Program-made: the position numbers and the translations under genes
Shown: piece by piece, positions 1-6,800 of the stretch
Numbering within the stretch: the stretch's first letter is position 1
Layout of the letters: each line of letters opens with the position of its first letter
The notes under the pieces: model-generated
Database searches by the model: none
Told to the model about the DNA's origin: nothing
The model's input: only the letters and a program-made list of their open reading frames with translations
Source: Candidatus Poribacteria bacterium
GTDB lineage: Bacteria > Poribacteria > WGA-4E > UBA9662
Assembly (NCBI GenBank): GCA_036339735.1
Contig: JAYZAL010000058.1
Coordinates: 1 to 19,509, forward strand
Direction: 5' to 3'
Length of the DNA: 19,509 bases

Positions 1-348
1 GAGAGATAAAATTCGATCGATATTATTCTATGAATTGATATTCAATAAATAATAAAATGAGAAGAATAGTTTTAGCTTGTCGCAATACTTTTGGTCGTAA
101 TTTTTTGTTAGTAAACTTACTATAGAATGGTGGCACTACAGTGTATAACATCCGATTTGTGCTCTTCGTTTCAGAACAATTTGAAAGAAAAAAAACGAAT
201 GGAAATATTAAGGAAGATAGAGTAGGGAATGTTTGGACTTGTCTACCTTTCTCTGCTTATCTGTTTCCGTTCCAATAGACTATTGCTCTGTTAATATAGA
301 ATGACCTAATTGAAAACCGGTTTCTATTGATTGCATTAGTATAAGCGT

Positions 349-457
349 AAAAAACCACATCTTTTGTCAGGTCATATACCCTTTGCTGTGTGTTTGCGCG
401 GTACGCCTGTACGAGAGATGTGGTTTGTCGTACATCGTAAGCGATGCTTTTGAATGA
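349..457 (-). ncRNA. Candidate ~110-nt structured small RNA or leader/attenuator (unassigned family)
   Basis: Perfect 11-bp inverted repeat AAACCACATCT (352-362) / AGATGTGGTTT (416-426), with inner helices CAGG/CCTG (368-371/406-409) and TACC/GGTA (377-380/400-403). A small hairpin CATCG-taag-CGATG lies at 433-446. The minus strand ends in U6 (A349-354) and has a promoter-like element just upstream. Strand assignment is inferred. Confidence 0.4.
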
Positions 458-463
458 GCGCTA

Positions 464-493
464 ACTGTACCAACAATAAGTTATCGGTTTGAA
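464..493 (-). promoter_or_regulatory. Putative sigma70-type promoter on the minus strand
   Basis: Minus strand reads TTCAAA (493-488), 18-nt spacer, then TACAGT (469-464) preceded by TG (extended -10, TGgTACAGT). It sits directly upstream of the structured element. Confidence 0.3.
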
Positions 494-788
494 GGCCTGT
501 TTTGTTTAGTCAAAAGAAAATATTTCTGTCATTGGTAAATACTAGTAAAACAATGTCTGATAATATCCATTATCGGCGTTTTTATTATCAGGCCAAAACT
601 AGTTCAGTAAATAGCTTAATTAAGTAAAATCCACGTATCAGTATAAAACTGTTTCAGGTCAATCTAGATGATAGATTTCTTATCTTTGATAATTAGGAGT
701 CCTTTCACAAGAGTTTACTTTTTGATTTATTATTTGAACCAATCTTTCCAAATTCAGCCTACTGTCGAATGGGGGCTTTGTTGAGAAT

Positions 789-1298
789 CTATTCTTCATT
801 TTCTTGTTGTTGAAAGATAAGGATGGCGACTTTATCCTCATTATAAAGAGTGAGTTGGCCGTCTCGAATATAGTAGGCCTTAGCTTGAGACAACAACTGG
901 AGATAGGTGTGTTCTTGTTGCATGATACCAACCGGATTGGGGCAAGCCATTTCAGTTGCAACTATTCTTTCTATTGTCAAGTCATATCTATTTTTAAGTT
1001 GGTAGCCAGCGAAGTACCGGTTGCAACCAGCCGAACCAGATAATCTTTCGGTTGAGAATTGTATGGTTGTTTGGGTGTTGGCAATTACTTTCTTCTTGCT
1101 TCCCTGATCATCAAAATTTACCAAAAACCATTCCTGATCCAACTGATCAGTAAGATATACTGGCTGGGCGATTACAACATCTGGTTGCTCAGTTGTAGAA
1201 GGTGAAGATATTAAAACGGTTTCAGTGGGCTGTCGGCAACCTAATATCCCAAATATCAATAGCCAAATTGATATTTGGTTGAAAGTAAAATTACTCAA
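789..1298 (-). CDS. META (HslJ-like) domain lipoprotein
   Basis: Signal peptide with lipobox-like LLIFGILG-C. META motifs: W.LV.F...TIQF...SGSAGCNRYFAGY, ATEMAC, MQQE..YL..L and GQLTL. TTG start preceded by an AGAGGA Shine-Dalgarno (SD). Confidence 0.9.
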   Translation of the reverse strand: MSNFTFNQISIWLLIFGILGCRQPTETVLISSPSTTEQPDVVIAQPVYLTDQLDQEWFLVNFDDQGSKKKVIANTQTTIQFSTERLSGSAGCNRYFAGYQLKNRYDLTIERIVATEMACPNPVGIMQQEHTYLQLLSQAKAYYIRDGQLTLYNEDKVAILIFQQQENEE

Positions 1299-1441
1299 TT
1301 TGTTTCCTCTAGAACTTACTTTACAACCCTAAGTTTAGCTAGACCTAAGCTGATTTAACCAGCCGTTTAGCTAATCAAGTAGGGATTGACGTCAAAACTT
1401 TTCTTATGATCTCGTAGCAATAATAACAAACTTCCTATTCG

Positions 1442-1470
1442 TTGTCGGCTGTTCAGATCAGTGCTATACT
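1442..1470 (+). promoter_or_regulatory. Putative sigma70 promoter for the AKR-epimerase pair
   Basis: TTGTCG (1442-1447), 17-nt spacer, TATACT (1465-1470) with extended -10 TG at 1462-1463, about 70 bp upstream of ATG 1542. Confidence 0.6.
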
Positions 1471-1541
1471 TTGTTGGGTTATTTTGTCGGCAATCTAATA
1501 AATATTTTTCGTCTTCTTGTAAAAACATAAAAAGGTAAATA

Positions 1542-2513
1542 ATGGATTACAAACTTCTAGGAAAAACAGGTGTAAAAGTATCATCACTCTGTTTAGGGAC
1601 CATGACTTTCGGTGATGCCGACGAATCTATGTCAGCCAAAATATTTCACCGATGTCGTGAGGTCGGTATCAATTTCTTCGACTGTGCCAATGTATATCAC
1701 CAGGGGAGATCGGAGCAAATTTTAGGAACTCTGATCGCTGGCTGTCGATCTGAAGTCATAATTACCACTAAATTTTATGGTAGTATGGGGTCAGATATCA
1801 ATGCTTCAGGATCATCGCGTCGCCATATTCTTTTAGAAGTTGACAACAGCCTTCGTCGCTTGAATACAGACTTTATTGATCTTTATTTTATTCACCATTT
1901 TGATGAGGAAACACCAATTCACGAAACATTGAGAGCTCTCGACGATTTAGTTCGCCAAGGTAAAATACTCTATCCGGCAGTCAGCAACTATGCGGCCTGG
2001 CAGATAGTTAAAGCCAATGGGATTTCGGAACAAGAAGGACTAGCACGTTTTGAGTGCATTCAACCAATGTATAACCTTGTTAAACGACAAGTCGAAGTTG
2101 AAATACTACCTATGGCTCTATCTGAGCAGATGGGGGTGATTCCTTACAGTCCATTAGGCGGAGGATTACTAAGTGGGAAATATGGTGTTAGCAATCGACC
2201 AGATAGTGGTCGTTTGCTAGAAAGTCAGATGTACCAGAGCCGATATGCCGGTAAGCATTACTACCAAATTGCTCAAGATTTTACCCATTTGGCCCAACAG
2301 AGCGGTTATCACCCAGCAGGTTTAGCCGTGGCATGGGTGGGGGCTCACCCAGCAATTACAGCCCCAATTATCGGAGCCAGAAATACAGATCAGTTAGAAG
2401 GGTCTCTAGCCTCACTGCAAATCAACATGACCAGTGACCTATATGCCAGTATATCAGATCTATCTCCACGGCCTCCATTGGCTACTGACCGGGAAGACGA
2501 GCGAACAGGATAA
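1542..2513 (+). CDS. Aldo/keto reductase (NAD(P)H-dependent, Tas/aryl-alcohol dehydrogenase-like)
   Basis: LGKTGVKVSSLCLGTMTFG, FFDCANVY (catalytic D/Y), ITTK, SLRRLNTDFIDLYFIH, GKILY..VSNY, QPMYNL, PYSPLGGGLLSGKY, PIIGAR. AAAGGT SD upstream. Confidence 0.95.
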   Translation: MDYKLLGKTGVKVSSLCLGTMTFGDADESMSAKIFHRCREVGINFFDCANVYHQGRSEQILGTLIAGCRSEVIITTKFYGSMGSDINASGSSRRHILLEVDNSLRRLNTDFIDLYFIHHFDEETPIHETLRALDDLVRQGKILYPAVSNYAAWQIVKANGISEQEGLARFECIQPMYNLVKRQVEVEILPMALSEQMGVIPYSPLGGGLLSGKYGVSNRPDSGRLLESQMYQSRYAGKHYYQIAQDFTHLAQQSGYHPAGLAVAWVGAHPAITAPIIGARNTDQLEGSLASLQINMTSDLYASISDLSPRPPLATDREDERTG

Positions 2514-2591
2514 TTTTTCTGAAACGTTAATTGTGAACCTGTTTTTTCTGATCACATATTTAAAACCAACTGATTTAGGGTGTTTATCAAC

Positions 2592-3392
2592 ATGAAATTT
2601 TCATTTATGACCTTTTCTTGTCCGGAACTTACACTCGACCAGGTCTTATCTATGGCTAAAGAATTTGGTTATGACGGGATTGAACCTCGTATTAGCGCTA
2701 ACCATCAACATAGTGTAGAGTTTGAGACCACAGTCGATCAACGTCGTGAAATACGTCAGAAGGCGGACGATCACGGTATTGCCATAGCTTGTGTAGCTAC
2801 TTCCTGTCGATACGCAGACCCAACTAACCGAGAAGAGATGATCGATGATACACACCGTGCGATCGACTTAACTGCTGATATTGGTTCGTCTAGAATTCGG
2901 TTCTTTGGAGGTCAGTTGGGAGAAGGTGTTAATCGTGAAAAGGGGGTTGAATTAGTAGCTACTGCATTAGCTCAAGTTGCTGATCACGCGGCAGATCGAG
3001 AAGTCTTTTTGTGCATGGAAACCCATGATGATTGGTGTAATCCATCTGATGTAGCTGATGTAATGCGAGCCGTTAATCATCCGAATATAGCCGTTAATTG
3101 GGATATCATGCACCCAGTACGTCGTCAGTTTGCTACTATCTCAGAATCATTCGATATCTTACGCCCTTGGATAAAACATCTGCACATTCATGATGGCGAT
3201 TCGGACAATAACTTAGTACCGATAGGTACTGGCTATATTGATCACCGGGAAGCCATGAAGTGTCTTTCTACCATCGACTATGATGGCTATCTTAGTGGTG
3301 AATGGATCGGTTGGTCTGACCCCTACCGCAACCACCTAAAAAGAGAGTTAGACACACTAAAAAAATATAAAGTTGAATTAGGCCAAATTTAA
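2592..3392 (+). CDS. Sugar phosphate isomerase/epimerase family protein (xylose isomerase-like TIM barrel, AP_endonuc_2)
   Basis: Motifs GYDGIE, METHDD, VNWDIMH, HLHIHD, IGTGYID and GYLSGEW give the E-D-H-E metal ligands. ATG 2592 is preferred over GTG 2580 because AGGGTG (2577-2582) is at SD distance from it. Confidence 0.9.
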   Translation: MKFSFMTFSCPELTLDQVLSMAKEFGYDGIEPRISANHQHSVEFETTVDQRREIRQKADDHGIAIACVATSCRYADPTNREEMIDDTHRAIDLTADIGSSRIRFFGGQLGEGVNREKGVELVATALAQVADHAADREVFLCMETHDDWCNPSDVADVMRAVNHPNIAVNWDIMHPVRRQFATISESFDILRPWIKHLHIHDGDSDNNLVPIGTGYIDHREAMKCLSTIDYDGYLSGEWIGWSDPYRNHLKRELDTLKKYKVELGQI

Positions 3393-3614
3393 GTTTAATC
3401 ATACTTTATGATTTAGAAGTATAGATTACTTGAGTGTAAATAAGTATTGATTGAACATGGCTTTGCCCACTTTTGTAATTCTGTTCATAAATATCAGTTC
3501 TGACTTTCAATACACCAAAGTGTGAACTGATGAAAGAATTTTCAATTGCACGTCTGTTATATGTTTTTGGTGCCTGATCTTAACAAGACCAAGCATTCAT
3601 TAATTTAGTGCTTT

Positions 3615-3661
3615 TAGGTTCCAAAGAATAACCTGGCTGGCAGATATAAATTTGGAACCTA
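3615..3661. repeat. 11-bp perfect inverted repeat with 25-nt spacer
   Basis: TAGGTTCCAAA (3615-3625) and TTTGGAACCTA (3651-3661) in the epimerase-macroglobulin intergenic region. Confidence 0.7.
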
Positions 3662-3820
3662 TTCTCTTAGATCTTCCTTTGAGACAATATAATTCACAAA
3701 AATTATGTTTGATCGTAACTCGTCTAAAATTATCCTTTGGGATCAATGGTCGTCAGAATATCTCTCTAAGTATATTTTTTGTTAAGTTTTCTGATTGTTT
3801 TTTATGAAAGGAGACTTCAA

Positions 3821-3889
3821 TTGAGTACAATCCCAATTATTAATCGAGAAATCAACCCGAAGGCACCAGAAGCTTACTGGCAAATATGA
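3821..3889 (+). CDS. Putative 22-aa upstream mini-ORF (MSTIPIINREINPKAPEAYWQI) coupled to the macroglobulin start
   Basis: AAAGGAG (3807-3813) lies 7 nt before TTG 3821. The stop TGA 3887-3889 overlaps the macroglobulin ATG 3886-3888 (ATGA). Confidence 0.4.
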   Translation: MSTIPIINREINPKAPEAYWQI

Positions 3890-6800
3890 TAATGGATAAC
3901 AGAAAGATTTTGTGGTTGGTGATATCGGTGATGGGATTAGTGATTCTAGTGAGTGGGATTTATATCGCTGACCTCCAACAACAATTAACGGAACTTAGAC
4001 AGTCAACTCCTGAGACAGTAATTATCTCTGACCAACCGGTTGAAGTTGATCCGCAAAAAACTAATATACAAGTCAATAATTTTCATCCACAAGGTGTTGT
4101 TCCGCAAGACGCCAGCTTTACAATTACCTTTTCAGGTCCAGTGGTAGACCAAACTTTAATTGGTCAAGATCTAGCAGACCTTCCTCTTCGTCTTAATCCA
4201 AAAATACCTGGTAAAGTTAGGTGGATTGAGACTAATCAACTAAAATTTTTCACAGAAAAAACCTTGCCTCCTTCCACTTCATTTCAAGTCGAAGTGCTGC
4301 CAACAATATTAGATAACAAACTATTTAACCTGATTGGTAATCGCGTTTTTACATTTCAGACTGAACAGATAAAGGTTGAAAGTGCCGACTTGCAGTTTGC
4401 CTATCAGTCGAAAAAAGGAGTCCGAGCTAAGTTAGTGGGTAAAGTTAAGTTTAATTATCCAGTTAGCACTGGTTCTTTTCTGCAGGCAACTACTATTGAG
4501 CGTAATCAGGAGAAAATTGACTATAGCCTAGTTCACTCTACAAATACGAATAATGACAATAACCAAGTTTTTGATTTTGAGACGATTGAATTAGAGCGAG
4601 GCAATACTGACCAACCTATTGTCTTAAAAATTGCTAAGGGTTTAAAACCGGTTGATGGACATCAAGGTTTAGTTACTGAATATACTGTAGGTTTGGCTTT
4701 ACGCCAGCTAGGTCAGCTGGTAGTCGAAAGTGCTTTCCCTTCTCAAGATAATATGGGGCAATACCTACAGGTTGAATTTAATACTGATGTAACGGCAGAA
4801 AGCCTAAAGTCATTTATTCAGATCAGTTCAGCTGAGGACCAACCAATACCTAATCAGAAATTGCGGATTAGTCCAAAATATCGACGAACGATACAAATAC
4901 AGTGTGACCAGTTCAAACCTGGTAATTCCTACCAGTTAAAGATTCTTCGTGGCTTGATAGCTAATGATGAATCAGAATTGAAAAAAACATTTCAAAAGAC
5001 TATCAAATTTGCAAATCTGAATCCTAGTCTTCGTTTTTTAGGGGATGGCATGTACTTATCCAGAACAGGAAACATGAATGTAGGTTTGGCCACTATCAAT
5101 GTTAGTAAAGTACAGCTAGAAATTTATAAAGTCTTTCGTAATAACATCAATCATTTGGCTAGAAGTAATTGGTCTCAGTGGATGACTTCTTCGCTGGGAC
5201 AACTCTTGTCGAGTCAAGAACTACCGATTAACTCAGTTAAAAACGATCAGGTTGTAACCCCGATCTCACTAGCGGATTATATCGATGCTGAAAGAAAAGG
5301 GATCTTTCTGGTTAAGGCACGGAAATCGGATCAGCGTTGGTTAGATGCAACTCGATGGGTAGTGGTAACCGATCTGGGAATAATTGCGAAAAGTTCAACT
5401 GAGGAGTTAAGGGTTTGGGTCAATTCGCTTGAAACACTAGAGCCGCAAGCTAATGTCACTGTCAAATTAGTTAGCAAAAATAACCAGACTTTATTGACTG
5501 GAAAGACCAATGGTAAGGGCTACACTAGTTTCACAGATCTGGAGCAAAAAACCAAGGATTTCTATCCATTTTTTTTAATAGCACAAAAAGGTGATTTAAA
5601 TAATGGGCAAGACTTTTCCTTTCTTCAACTAGACAAAACAAGAGTTTCTTTGACCGATTTCAACGTTCGTGGCGATCCTTACACTACCGATGCTTATGAT
5701 GCTTTTCTCTATTTTGATCGGGGAATCTACCGGCCAGGGGAAAAAGCTAATTTGGTGGTCTTGGTTCGGGATGAAAAAAACCTAACCCCAGCACCGTTTC
5801 CGGTACTACTTCAAATTCTAGGACCTGACCAGAGAATTTTTCGAGAGCTACGAGCAGAACTGAATACAAAAGGTAACAGTGAATTCGAGATTCCATTTCC
5901 AAAATATGCTAAAACAGGTGCTTATACAGCCCGTTTGATAGTAGCTACAAAAGAAGTTGGTCGACAGATTTTTCGATTAGAAGAATTTATGCCAGACCGA
6001 ATCAAAGTGGAACTACGTACACTGCAGTCATCCTATCAACTAGGCCAAGAACTAACAGTAGAATTGAGAGGGGTAAACTTATTTGGACCTCCGGCTGCAG
6101 GTATGAGTGCAAGTGCTGTTTGTGACCTCGAATCAAGCAAGTTTCGGCCAAATGATTATGCCTCTTTCTCTTTCTACGATCAGGATCGTCTATTCAAACG
6201 GCAGCAAATTAACTTGGGTGAATTAGTCCTAGATGCAAATGGTAAAGGTCAATTTACCTTAAGTTTACCTCCGTCTGTGCCTGCACCATCAGCTTTAAAA
6301 GGCATCATCACCGGGACAGTAAGTGAACCCGGTGGTCGAGCAGTCAGTGCCTATAAACGGATCGATATTCACCCTTACAGCCACTATGTTGGATTAAAAA
6401 CTGATTTCGAAGGCTACGCTCAAATTGGACAACCGGCTGATATTCTACTGGTATCAGTCAATCAAGCGGGTGAAGTAGTTACTGAACGAAAATTAGAGAT
6501 TCAGGTGTTTAAACTACAGTGGAACTCGATTTTAAAACAGGATAAAAAAGGTCTGTATCGCTACCAGTCCGAAAAACAACCCAATTTGTTGCGAACCGAT
6601 ACATTGACTTCAACTCAATTAGTAAGTCGTTATACTTTCATTCCTGATGAATACGGGGAATACCAAGTTACCGTACGAGAAATTGAAAGTGGTAGCCGAA
6701 GTTCCATTACATTTTATACTAGTGGATGGGGATACTCACCTTGGGCGATGGAAAATCCTGATCGTTTAGATCTATTGTTAGATCGGGAAAGTTATAGATC

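Noticed and set aside
57..125. Small ORF MRRIVLACRNTFGRNFLLVNLL
   Set aside because: No SD and no recognisable motif. Expected by chance in AT-rich DNA.
366..373. GTCAGGTC resembling the SRP (4.5S) RNA domain IV
   Set aside because: The following GGAA tetraloop and GCAGC of SRP RNA are absent.
680..1043. ORFs 680-961 (-) and 804-1043 (+)
   Set aside because: Both overlap the well-supported META gene in another frame or strand and have no domain features.
2646..2855. 69-aa minus-strand ORF
   Set aside because: Antisense shadow of the epimerase gene.
5668..5676. RGD tripeptide in the macroglobulin (FNVRGDPY)
   Set aside because: A single RGD in 1846 aa is expected by chance. No evidence of an integrin-binding loop.
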